This document shows, piece by piece, positions 53,975 to 62,315 of a stretch of DNA of 64,000 nucleotides. The position numbers were made by a program, and so were the translations under genes. The stretch comes from Methanomassiliicoccales archaeon (GTDB taxonomy: Archaea > Thermoplasmatota > Thermoplasmata > Methanomassiliicoccales > UBA472): the NCBI GenBank assembly GCA_035527755.1, contig DATKZX010000002.1, forward strand, positions 93,277 through 157,276. Direction: 5' to 3'. Below the pieces are notes generated by a model, which did no database searches, was not told where the DNA came from, and saw nothing but the letters and a program-made list of their open reading frames with translations. Position 1 is the first letter of the stretch. Every line of letters starts with the position of its first letter.

Positions 53975-54559
53975 TCAATATTGTTCGGAGCGGCGTTGGA
54001 AGAAGGAGCGGGGGTGTTCACAGGAAGGGCACTTCTCCGGAGGTTCCGTTCCGATATGCTCGTAACCGCACTCCCGGCATATCCAACTGACCTTGGCCTC
54101 TTTCTTGAACACGGTTCCGGCCTCTACCTGTGCCAATAGTGCCTGGTATCGCTCCTCGTGATGCTTCTCGGCGTGACCGATGGCCCGGAGGCGGGCGGCA
54201 ACGTCCTTGTAGCCCTCTTCATCAGCGACATCGGCGAACTCCGGGTACATGGAAGACGTTTCGTAATGCTCACCGGCTATGGCGGCCTTAAGGTTCACAG
54301 CAGTGCTGCCGTGCTCGGCCGGGAACTCCGCCCCCACGTGCAGGGCGGGGAAGTCCAAACATTCCTTGGCCCTAATGGACTGGACCATCTTCCAAAGGCT
54401 GCTGGCATGGGACCGCTCCTGCTCGGCGGTCTCCAGGAAGGTCCCGGATATCTGCTCGTAGCCCTCGGCCCTGGCGGCCTTGGCGTAGATGGTATAACGG
54501 TTGCGTGCTTGACTCTCGCCAATGAAGGCCTTGGCCAGATTCTCAATTGTCTTCTTCAT
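53975..54559 (-). CDS. rbr: rubrerythrin
   Basis: ENLAKAFIGESQARNRY..E..H diiron motifs plus a C-terminal rubredoxin-like CRECG..CPSC. Confidence 0.92.
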   Translation of the reverse strand: MKKTIENLAKAFIGESQARNRYTIYAKAARAEGYEQISGTFLETAEQERSHASSLWKMVQSIRAKECLDFPALHVGAEFPAEHGSTAVNLKAAIAGEHYETSSMYPEFADVADEEGYKDVAARLRAIGHAEKHHEERYQALLAQVEAGTVFKKEAKVSWICRECGYEHIGTEPPEKCPSCEHPRSFFQRRSEQY

Positions 54560-54739
54560 GAGGATCGCTCTGAATTGTATTGGATAACCGGGGATATTAG
54601 AATTACGGCCCGACCCGATCCGCTTAAAATAGCCTAGTAGGTCGACCGTGGACAGGAAACGTTCAATTGCATGAAGATATATGATAGAGGGAAAATCGGT
54701 CTGCGTATCAGATACAAGACCGTTCGTTAAGGTGTTCAG

Positions 54740-55171
54740 ATGTCCGCAAATGAGAATTTCGACGAATTAGATGTGCCGGAGCAGGCGCTCTATATCATCG
54801 ACAACTATGCCGACATCTTCCTGGACAATCTCGGGCTGGGATTGAACAGGCGGCGCATTCTAGGCATCATGTACGAGTCGCGCAAGCGCCTGATGCGGGA
54901 ACGGCGCTTCGCCGAGCTGGTGAAGGTGCTGAGCTTCCTTCAAGACACCTTCAAGCAGGATCTCGAAGTGGAGATAGGGGTGTTCGAATTCCTGCGCAAC
55001 ATGGGACCAGTGGAGGTCGAGAGGACCGTGGCCCTCAAGGCGGAGCAGCACTTCCAATTGGGGAACTATAGAATGGCCCTTGTCTATTATCAGATGATGG
55101 AGGACGAGACCGGAGAGGGTCCGATGTCCGAAAGGGTCCAGGAATGTCTGGGACATATTGATAGTGGTTGA
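54740..55171 (+). CDS. hypothetical protein (alpha-helical, possible TPR-like C-terminus)
   Basis: 143-aa ORF with an AAGGTG Shine-Dalgarno-like element 6 nt upstream. No family recognised. Confidence 0.5.
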   Translation: MSANENFDELDVPEQALYIIDNYADIFLDNLGLGLNRRRILGIMYESRKRLMRERRFAELVKVLSFLQDTFKQDLEVEIGVFEFLRNMGPVEVERTVALKAEQHFQLGNYRMALVYYQMMEDETGEGPMSERVQECLGHIDSG

Positions 55172-55196
55172 GTTTTCCGTCCGTGATGAATTAGGA

Positions 55197-56270
55197 TCAG
55201 AGGTCCAGCCTGGAGTTCTCCCCGATGACGAAGCGCATCCCCTTCGGGAGACGCCCCTGGTTGGACAAGATGGTGCAGCCTCCGCCGATGAGACTTTCAA
55301 CGACCTTTCGTCCACAGTCGATCAAACAGTCACCGATGATGATGGAAGACTCTATCTCCCCGCTAAGCAACCTGGTGCCGTCACCGATGGCCGTGTAGGG
55401 ACCTACGTAGGTATTGGGACCGATCTCACAGTTCTTGCCGATGATGACCGGCCCTCGGACCACCGCTCCCTGACGGACGATGGACCCTTCCCCGATCGAT
55501 ACCCGACCGACTATGGTCACCCCTTCTTCTACGGTACCGGAGATCTCGCCCTCAAGGTCCTCCAGAACCAAATGGTTGGCCAGCAGTATGTCCTCCGGCA
55601 TTCCGGTGTCCTTCCACCAACCGCGCACCACCCGGGCGCTGACCTTGTTGGTCTCCTTGCGCAGCTCATCTATGGCGTCGGTGATCTCCAGCTCGTTCCT
55701 CCAGGAAGGTTTTAGCTTCTTGATGATGGGAAATATGCTCGGCTTGAGCAGATAGATGCCGATCAGCGCCAGATTGCTCCTGGGCTCCTTGGGCTTCTCC
55801 ACCAGAGATACGATCTCCCCTTTCTCGTCAAGCTCGGCGATCCCGAACTTTTGCGGTGTGTCCACGGGACACAAGGCCACCATACCTTCCCAATCACCTT
55901 TCTTGAAATCATCCACCATGTAATTTATGCCACCCTTGAGGATGTTGTCTCCCAGATAGACCACGAACGGTTCTCCGTTCATGAACTCCTCGGCGCAGCC
56001 TACCGCGTGGGCGATGCCTCGCGGTTCACCTTGGACTATGTAGGTGATCTTGACACCGAAGGACGAACCGTCCCCCAACATCTCCCTCACCTTCTCAGGC
56101 ATATTATTGCCTAGGATGATGCCTATATCGATGACCCCGGAGTCCCGCAGGTCCTCCAGGCAGTAGAGTATGTTCGGTTTGTTGGCAATGGGGATCAATT
56201 GCTTGGGGCCGGTATGGGTCAACGGTCTCAACCTTGTTCCGCTGCCCCCGGCCAGTATCAGTCCTTTCAT
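55197..56270 (-). CDS. rmlA: glucose-1-phosphate thymidylyltransferase (long archaeal form with left-handed beta-helix C-terminus)
   Basis: MKGLILAGGSGTRLRPLTHTGPKQLIPIANKP, followed by hexapeptide repeats. Confidence 0.88.
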   Translation of the reverse strand: MKGLILAGGSGTRLRPLTHTGPKQLIPIANKPNILYCLEDLRDSGVIDIGIILGNNMPEKVREMLGDGSSFGVKITYIVQGEPRGIAHAVGCAEEFMNGEPFVVYLGDNILKGGINYMVDDFKKGDWEGMVALCPVDTPQKFGIAELDEKGEIVSLVEKPKEPRSNLALIGIYLLKPSIFPIIKKLKPSWRNELEITDAIDELRKETNKVSARVVRGWWKDTGMPEDILLANHLVLEDLEGEISGTVEEGVTIVGRVSIGEGSIVRQGAVVRGPVIIGKNCEIGPNTYVGPYTAIGDGTRLLSGEIESSIIIGDCLIDCGRKVVESLIGGGCTILSNQGRLPKGMRFVIGENSRLDL

Positions 56271-57166
56271 GGTCTATCGCTCCTCATCATCGTCAATCCC
56301 TGGGACATGTTGACCATGGACCGGTCCAGCTCGGCCTCGGCCTGGTCTACGGAAAGACAGGACCGAGGCGGTCTAGCGGCCATCAATGGCATCTCCTCAG
56401 TGAGGACCGGAGATATCAATCCCTGGTCCAGAGAAAAGGTCTCCGCCACCTTTACACCTATCTCATACCGGCTCAGGCAATCCGGGCCGCTGGTGTGGTA
56501 CGTTCCATGGGCGCCTTTGACCGCCAGCTCCAGGATGACCTTCGCCGCATCGGGAGCGTATGTGGGGGAGACATACTGGTCGCTGTATAGCCGTACCCCT
56601 TGTCCCTTCTGGAGCGAGTCGATCACCCAGGTGACGAAGTTTTGCTTGCCCCCTTCACGGTTCCAGCCGTAGACCACGGAAACCCGGCATACGAGATTGG
56701 ACCTCGAAGCGTCCAGTGTCACCCTCTCGCCCTCCAACTTGCTCTGGGCGTAGATGCCCAGGGGATCGGGATTTTCGAACTCGTAATAGTGACTTCCTTT
56801 CAAACCGTTAAAGACGTAATCGGTGGATATGTAGACCAGTTTGACGCCCGCCTTCTTGCACTCGGCGGCCACGTTGAACGCCCCTTCCATGTTGACCGCG
56901 TACGCCTTGGCCGGCTCTCTCTCGCACTGGTCAACGTTGGTCATTGCTGCGGACAGCACCAGCAGTTCCGGTCGAGAACCTTCGATGACCTCAGCGACCC
57001 GACCCCGGTCGGTGATATCCATATGCAGCATTTCATTGGTGTCCGTCGGGACGACGCTGTTGTACGTACCGGACATTTTAAGGCCCATCTCCTTCCCGGC
57101 CTTCATGAGGTACTGACCCAGCAATCCGGCTGCGCCAACGACCAACACCCTATTCATGATACCCAT
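56267..57166 (-). CDS. rmlD: dTDP-4-dehydrorhamnose reductase
   Basis: MNRVLVVGAAGLLGQ Rossmann fold, STDYVF, YAQSKLEGE. The start is probably ATG 57166 or 57157 rather than 57214, since a TATA-like element lies between them. ATGA overlap with rmlA. Confidence 0.85.
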   Translation of the reverse strand: MGIMNRVLVVGAAGLLGQYLMKAGKEMGLKMSGTYNSVVPTDTNEMLHMDITDRGRVAEVIEGSRPELLVLSAAMTNVDQCEREPAKAYAVNMEGAFNVAAECKKAGVKLVYISTDYVFNGLKGSHYYEFENPDPLGIYAQSKLEGERVTLDASRSNLVCRVSVVYGWNREGGKQNFVTWVIDSLQKGQGVRLYSDQYVSPTYAPDAAKVILELAVKGAHGTYHTSGPDCLSRYEIGVKVAETFSLDQGLISPVLTEEMPLMAARPPRSCLSVDQAEAELDRSMVNMSQGLTMMRSDRP

Positions 57167-57247
57167 ATCCCGATGGGTTAAATAAGATTTTACGATATTT
57201 TTTCGGGGATTCATTTAATAAGCTGGAGTAAAAATATACCTTGGATA

Positions 57248-57715
57248 ATGATGAAAGGTTTGATAGAAGGGGTCAAGGTGCGCAAGCTGAACCCCGTCCC
57301 AGACGAACGGGGATGGCTCATGGAGATGTTCCGCAGCGACTGGGAAGAGTATGAATCGTTCGGACAGCTTTACGTCACAGCCTGCTATCCGGACGTGGTC
57401 AAAGGATGGCATTACCATAAACTGCAAGATGACCACTTCATTTGCCTGAAGGGCATGGCCAAGGTCGTTCTGTACGATCCCCGGGATGATTCCTCCACCA
57501 AAGGGAAGATCAACGAGTTCTTCATGGGAGAGCGCAATTTCATGCTGCTTAAGATACCCAAGCTGGTCTACCACGGCTTCAAGGGCATCGGCGGCACCGA
57601 GGCGCTCATAGTCAACATGCCTACGAAGCTGTACGATTACAAAGATCCGGACGAGTACCGTTTGCCGTACGACACCCCGGAGATACCTTATGATTGGGAT
57701 GTGAAGATGGGGTGA
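57248..57715 (+). CDS. rmlC: dTDP-4-dehydrorhamnose 3,5-epimerase (cupin)
   Basis: DERGWLMEMFR, KGWHYH and VYHGF patterns. Confidence 0.85.
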   Translation: MMKGLIEGVKVRKLNPVPDERGWLMEMFRSDWEEYESFGQLYVTACYPDVVKGWHYHKLQDDHFICLKGMAKVVLYDPRDDSSTKGKINEFFMGERNFMLLKIPKLVYHGFKGIGGTEALIVNMPTKLYDYKDPDEYRLPYDTPEIPYDWDVKMG

Positions 57716-57893
57716 ATCCCCGTTCTCATCGTTCCCGTGGAGATGACCGTCGAGCAAGTCTATGTAAATGGCGGGTCGTTCGCCCCGATCGGTTCGAGCG
57801 GCGATATTGGTCCCTCGTCCCGTCATGGGGTTCGGCCGCAACGATCGAAGGAAAGATTATGACCATCATAGGCCATCAACCCCGGAGGGTAGA

Positions 57894-58451
57894 ATGAAGA
57901 TCGTATTCGTTAACGGCAGTCCCCGTTCCATGGGGAATACTGGCACAATGCTGAAGGCATTAGCGCAAAAAGCCAAGGCTAGAGGGGCCGATGTCACCTA
58001 CTTCGAGATCGTGGATAAGAACGTCCAGGACTGTGATGGTTGTTATCTCTGCGATAGTGAGGACAAATGCAGCAAGGACGATGACATGAACGAGGCCTAT
58101 ACCCTATTACAGGAGGCGGACGTGTTCATCATCGGTTCACCCATCTATATGGGCGTGGAGACCGGCCTGACCAAATGCTTCGTCGACCGTCTCTATTACC
58201 TGATGGCGAAGAAGCGCATTCGACCTGGAAAAAGGGCCGTGGCGCTCTTCACCTGCGGTCTGATGGACGGACACATGATCTATGGCTATATGCACGGGAG
58301 GTTCAGCAAGCTCCTGAAGCAGGACCTGGGGTTCGATGAGGTCAAGACCGTCATCGTCCCGGGAATGAAGAACAGCGTGAACGTGGAGGACAGCTTCTAC
58401 GCCCAGGAATCGCTCGTAGAACTGGAAGAGTTCATATTCCCCGCGGATTGA
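57894..58451 (+). CDS. isf: iron-sulfur flavoprotein (Isf-type)
   Basis: MKIVFVNGSPRSMGNT, CDGCYLCDSEDKC (CX2CX2CX5C), IIGSPIYMG. GGAGGG Shine-Dalgarno. The ORF-track start 57768 is an upstream extension. Confidence 0.8.
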   Translation: MKIVFVNGSPRSMGNTGTMLKALAQKAKARGADVTYFEIVDKNVQDCDGCYLCDSEDKCSKDDDMNEAYTLLQEADVFIIGSPIYMGVETGLTKCFVDRLYYLMAKKRIRPGKRAVALFTCGLMDGHMIYGYMHGRFSKLLKQDLGFDEVKTVIVPGMKNSVNVEDSFYAQESLVELEEFIFPAD

Positions 58452-58452
58452 G

Positions 58453-59466
58453 ATGACGGAAAGAGTGGTGGCATGTCAGTACTGCGGCTCACGCCGCGTC
58501 GTTCCAGAAGTGATCGTCGGCGGGCCCATGGCCGGCGTGGACAATAATAGCGGCCGCTCCATCTGCCTGGACTGCGGACGTTCCCTGGTCCCCTTGGACT
58601 TCAGTGGTGAGGAGGAGCGACAGGACTTCGTCGCCAAGACCGAGACGGAAGTGAGGGACTTTCTGCATATCCCCATCGTTCCAGTGGACACGTGGAGCCT
58701 TTTCAGCCTGCCCATCATAGACGTTCCACTGGTACAGGTGGCCAAGGTGGTGGAGCTTGAATGGCAGAACGGATGGAACATCCTTCCTGGAGGAGTTCCC
58801 TTCGAAGCCTACTGGAAGGCGGTCGGGTCTAAGCGCTACGGTGCAAAGGACGTTTTGATAATGGACCTGGCTGGGATGCAGCATTCCCGTCCTAACTTCG
58901 ATGCTCTTAAAACTCTGATGAAAAGAAAGTACTCCATCTGGTTGGAGATGGGAGTGAGGGAGGTGCATGACATCTTCGATGCCTTCACCCTCGGATCGCA
59001 GAACGTTCTGATCGGCAGCATGACCTGCCGATCCCTGGGCCTATTGGAGGAGATCATCGAACTGTCGGATCAGAGCATTCCCCTCCTCTACTATGACGGT
59101 GAGGTGCGCTGGGGCTCTAAGCATTTCGGCCCAGCTTCACTGACTGAATCGCTGGATCTGCTATTTGACCTGGGCTTTGACCGATCGGCGGTGCTGGACC
59201 TCCGACAGCTGGGTTCTAAGAAAGGGTTCAACGAGGGCATGGCCGAGGAAGCGATATCCCGGAAGATCGAGGTCCTGATCGGCGGTGGAGTACGAGAATC
59301 GGACCTTGAGAGATTGAAGGAGATGGGAGCGATAGGCGGTCTTCTGGACCCGTTCACCCCGGTAGTGCGGGACCTCATGGCTTCCGATAGGCCCGATGAG
59401 AAAGAGAGCCCGGTGCCGGCAACGGTCAAGCGGGAAAGTCCCAAGGGCTACGCCCTAGACGCTTGA
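58453..59466 (+). CDS. hypothetical protein: N-terminal 4-Cys zinc ribbon plus HisA/HisF-like (beta/alpha)8 barrel-like region
   Basis: CQYCGS..CLDCGR zinc ribbon. The later pattern VLIMDLAG.., IWLEMGVREVHDIFDAF..NVLIGS.., LLYYDGEVRW.., VLDLRQLGSKKGFN.., VLIGGGVRESDLERLKEMGAIGGLLDP resembles the half-barrel repeats of HisA/HisF. The start is 1 nt after the isf stop. Confidence 0.5.
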   Translation: MTERVVACQYCGSRRVVPEVIVGGPMAGVDNNSGRSICLDCGRSLVPLDFSGEEERQDFVAKTETEVRDFLHIPIVPVDTWSLFSLPIIDVPLVQVAKVVELEWQNGWNILPGGVPFEAYWKAVGSKRYGAKDVLIMDLAGMQHSRPNFDALKTLMKRKYSIWLEMGVREVHDIFDAFTLGSQNVLIGSMTCRSLGLLEEIIELSDQSIPLLYYDGEVRWGSKHFGPASLTESLDLLFDLGFDRSAVLDLRQLGSKKGFNEGMAEEAISRKIEVLIGGGVRESDLERLKEMGAIGGLLDPFTPVVRDLMASDRPDEKESPVPATVKRESPKGYALDA

Positions 59467-59514
59467 ACAGGCTGAAAACAAAGATTATTATTTGGTTGGG
59501 CTTTCTTCGTTGTC

Positions 59515-60531
59515 ATGGGCAAGAGAGTACTGGTGACCGGAGGCATGGGCTTCATCGGCAGCAATTTCGTGCGCCACATGCTGAAGGTACACTCCGACAT
59601 GGAGATCGTCAATCTTGACAAGCTCACCTATGCCGGCAACCCGGCCAACCTCGAGGACGTGAAGGAGCGGATGACCTTCGTTCACGGGGACATATGCGAC
59701 GCTGAACTGGTCGACGGCCTGATGGCGGACGTGGATCAGGTGGTGCATTTCGCCGCCGAGACGCACGTGGACCGCTCCATACAGGACGCGGGCTCCTTCG
59801 TCACCACCGACGTCTTCGGAACCTACACTCTGCTGGATGCGGCACTCCGACACGATGTGGATAAGTTCATTCACATCTCCACCGACGAGGTCTATGGCGA
59901 GGCGGTGGACCACCCGTCCCTGGAGACCGATGGATTATTTCCCAAGTCACCCTACGCCGCGAGCAAGGCCGGGGCCGATCGGCTGGCCTATTCGTACTAC
60001 GCCACCTTCGGACTGCCGGTAATCATCACCCGCTGCTCCAACAACTACGGTCCGTACCAGTACCCGGAGAAGTTGATACCGCTTTTTGTCACCAACGCTC
60101 TTGAAGGGAAGAAATTACCCGTCTATGGCCATGGCCGCAACACCCGCGATTGGATACACGTGGAGGACCACTGCCGGGCGGTGGACACGCTGCTGTCGTC
60201 GAAAGGGCAAGAGGGCGAGATATTCAACGTAGGAACGCTGGAGGAGAAGAGCGTGCTGCAGATCGCCGCCGTCATACTGGACGAACTTGGTATGGACGAG
60301 GACGCCTTGACGTTCGTGGACGATCGCAAAGGCCATGTGGCCAGGCATGCCGTGGATGCGGGGAAACTGGAGAAGACCACTTCCTGGAGGCCCCGGCAGG
60401 AGTTCGATCCGGCCCTGCGTCAAACGATACGGTGGTACAAGGACCATCCTGAATGGTGGAAGCCCATAAAGAACGGTGATTTTCGGGAATATTATACCCG
60501 AACCTATGCGGCGAAAGGGCCCTCAACCTGA
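59515..60531 (+). CDS. rmlB: dTDP-glucose 4,6-dehydratase
   Basis: VLVTGGMGFIGSNF, HFAAETHVDRS, YAASKAGAD. Confidence 0.92.
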   Translation: MGKRVLVTGGMGFIGSNFVRHMLKVHSDMEIVNLDKLTYAGNPANLEDVKERMTFVHGDICDAELVDGLMADVDQVVHFAAETHVDRSIQDAGSFVTTDVFGTYTLLDAALRHDVDKFIHISTDEVYGEAVDHPSLETDGLFPKSPYAASKAGADRLAYSYYATFGLPVIITRCSNNYGPYQYPEKLIPLFVTNALEGKKLPVYGHGRNTRDWIHVEDHCRAVDTLLSSKGQEGEIFNVGTLEEKSVLQIAAVILDELGMDEDALTFVDDRKGHVARHAVDAGKLEKTTSWRPRQEFDPALRQTIRWYKDHPEWWKPIKNGDFREYYTRTYAAKGPST

Positions 60532-60587
60532 GAGCCCAATCGGCACATTGATATCCCCTGGAAGGGAATAGATGTGGCAGGTGAGCA

Positions 60588-61343
60588 ATGGAACTTTGGG
60601 AATTGACAGCGGTCCTGCTTTCAGCCATCGTGCCTTCCCTGATCTACCTGGTCTGGATCAGGAACTCTGAGATCTATAACCGGGAACGTTGGGGACACGT
60701 GCTCTCGGTGTTCTTCTTCGGTGCCACGATATCCATCTTAGCGTCGGTACTGCTGGAGAGCTTGGCCATTGAGGTCATTCGCGCCCCGGGTTCGATATTC
60801 TCCGAGGGGTTCTGGAACTTCGGACCGTACGACCCCTCCTTGGAGATAGTGGTCCTGGCAGTGGTCGTCGCCCCATTTGTGGAAGAATGGGCCAAAGGAT
60901 GGGGTGTGCTGGCAACACGGAATTGGATCCGGGAACCGGAGGACGGTCTGATATACGGCGCCGCGGCCGGACTGGGGTTCGCCGCGGTGGAGAACATCTT
61001 CTACAACAGCAGCTCCCTTATCTCGGGGATCGATGTCTTAGTGGCCAGCGCCACTTTGAGGGCCTTGACGTCCACGTTATTGCACGCCACCGCCTCTGGT
61101 GTGCTTGGTTTCGGCATAGCCCGAAAGCATCTGTTGGGCGCCCGGGGAATAAAGGCCAGCTGGATCCCTTACTTCCTGGCGGCGGTCCTGCTTCATGGCA
61201 TCTTCAACGGTTTCGCCGTGGCCGAGGAGGTCTTTGATGACGTCCTGGTCCCGATAATCGGCCTCATAGCCGCATTCGTGCTGGTGATCGGCATGTTCGG
61301 CTGGCTCAGGAGAAGCATCCAGGTCATGGACCGGGAGAATTGA
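60588..61343 (+). CDS. PrsW-family intramembrane metalloprotease
   Basis: Polytopic protein with FVEEWAKG, GFAAVENIFY, LHATASG and LHGIFN motifs. Confidence 0.8.
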   Translation: MELWELTAVLLSAIVPSLIYLVWIRNSEIYNRERWGHVLSVFFFGATISILASVLLESLAIEVIRAPGSIFSEGFWNFGPYDPSLEIVVLAVVVAPFVEEWAKGWGVLATRNWIREPEDGLIYGAAAGLGFAAVENIFYNSSSLISGIDVLVASATLRALTSTLLHATASGVLGFGIARKHLLGARGIKASWIPYFLAAVLLHGIFNGFAVAEEVFDDVLVPIIGLIAAFVLVIGMFGWLRRSIQVMDREN

Positions 61344-61896
61344 ACGACCGGACCAGCTCCTGTCCCAGAGAGAAGGCCTGGGATAACGCTTCTGGTCGCT
61401 CAGTGACAGCCCCCCTGCGTTCCAGACCACCCACCGTGATCGAACCGGCTGGTCGGACACCGATACCGATGAGGAACGCCCTCAGCTCCGAGAGGGCGTT
61501 GTCGAACTTGGCCTGGGGCTGCGCCGCGGCCAGGATGATGCCGCCGACGCCCGGGCGCCTGTTCAACTTCAAAATATGACGGCGGGCCCATAGCGCCTGG
61601 CAACGATCGACCACGCATTTTGTCTGTGCGCTCATTCCAGAGAAGTATATGGGTGATGCAACGATGATCACATCGGCCTTTTCCAGCAGGTCGTAGAGCT
61701 TGCCCATCCCATCGTTGAGCACGCACTCCCCGTCCTTGAAGCAGTCCTCACAGGCATGGCAAGGCGCCACATCCATGAATGCCAGATCAAAACGTACTAT
61801 TTGGGCGTCTTTTCCTGTTCCCTTCAGCGCCTCGTTCAAAAGTATTTCGGTATTGCCAGGATGGCGCGGGCTACCGTTAAGGCCCAGCACCAGCAC
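61324..61896 (-). CDS. isf: iron-sulfur flavoprotein (Isf-type)
   Basis: VLVLGLNGSPRHPGNT, CHACEDCFKDGEC (CX2CX2CX5C), IVASPIYFSG. The GTG 61896 start has a GGAGGA Shine-Dalgarno and lies 3 nt after the response-regulator stop. The longer ORF-track version (to 62154) overlaps that gene in another frame. Confidence 0.78.
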   Translation of the reverse strand: MLVLGLNGSPRHPGNTEILLNEALKGTGKDAQIVRFDLAFMDVAPCHACEDCFKDGECVLNDGMGKLYDLLEKADVIIVASPIYFSGMSAQTKCVVDRCQALWARRHILKLNRRPGVGGIILAAAQPQAKFDNALSELRAFLIGIGVRPAGSITVGGLERRGAVTERPEALSQAFSLGQELVRSFNSPGP

Positions 61897-61898
61897 CC

Positions 61899-62276
61899 TT
61901 ATTCCTCCATCGATTCCCGTATGCGATCGCGCAGGGTTCGGAAGTACCCGAAACCCTTGACCACGTAATCGGATGCGCCGGCGCGCAACGCCTGGTAGCT
62001 TAGGTCGGGGTCCTCCAAAGCGGTTACGAAAAGTATGTACGCGTTGGGTTGGAACTCCCTGACGCGAGGGAGAAGGTCCATGCCATTGGTATCGGGAAGA
62101 TAATAGTCCAGGAGGACCACGTCGTAGGGGCGGCTTTTGATGGCGGCGAGGCATTCGGCACCGTTATGAGCGACGAACAGGTCGAACTCTTCCGGGGGCA
62201 TATGCTCCCGACAAAGGTCAACATGGTCGATGTTGTCCTCGACCATGAGCACCGAGAGTTTGATCTTTCCACCCAT
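61899..62276 (-). CDS. stand-alone response-regulator receiver domain (CheY-like)
   Basis: LMVEDN..VVLLDYYLPDTNG..FVTAL..YVVKG. No output domain. Confidence 0.88.
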   Translation of the reverse strand: MGGKIKLSVLMVEDNIDHVDLCREHMPPEEFDLFVAHNGAECLAAIKSRPYDVVLLDYYLPDTNGMDLLPRVREFQPNAYILFVTALEDPDLSYQALRAGASDYVVKGFGYFRTLRDRIRESMEE

Positions 62277-62315
62277 CTTATTACCCTCGCTTTATTATTA
62301 TTCTACCATATAGTA

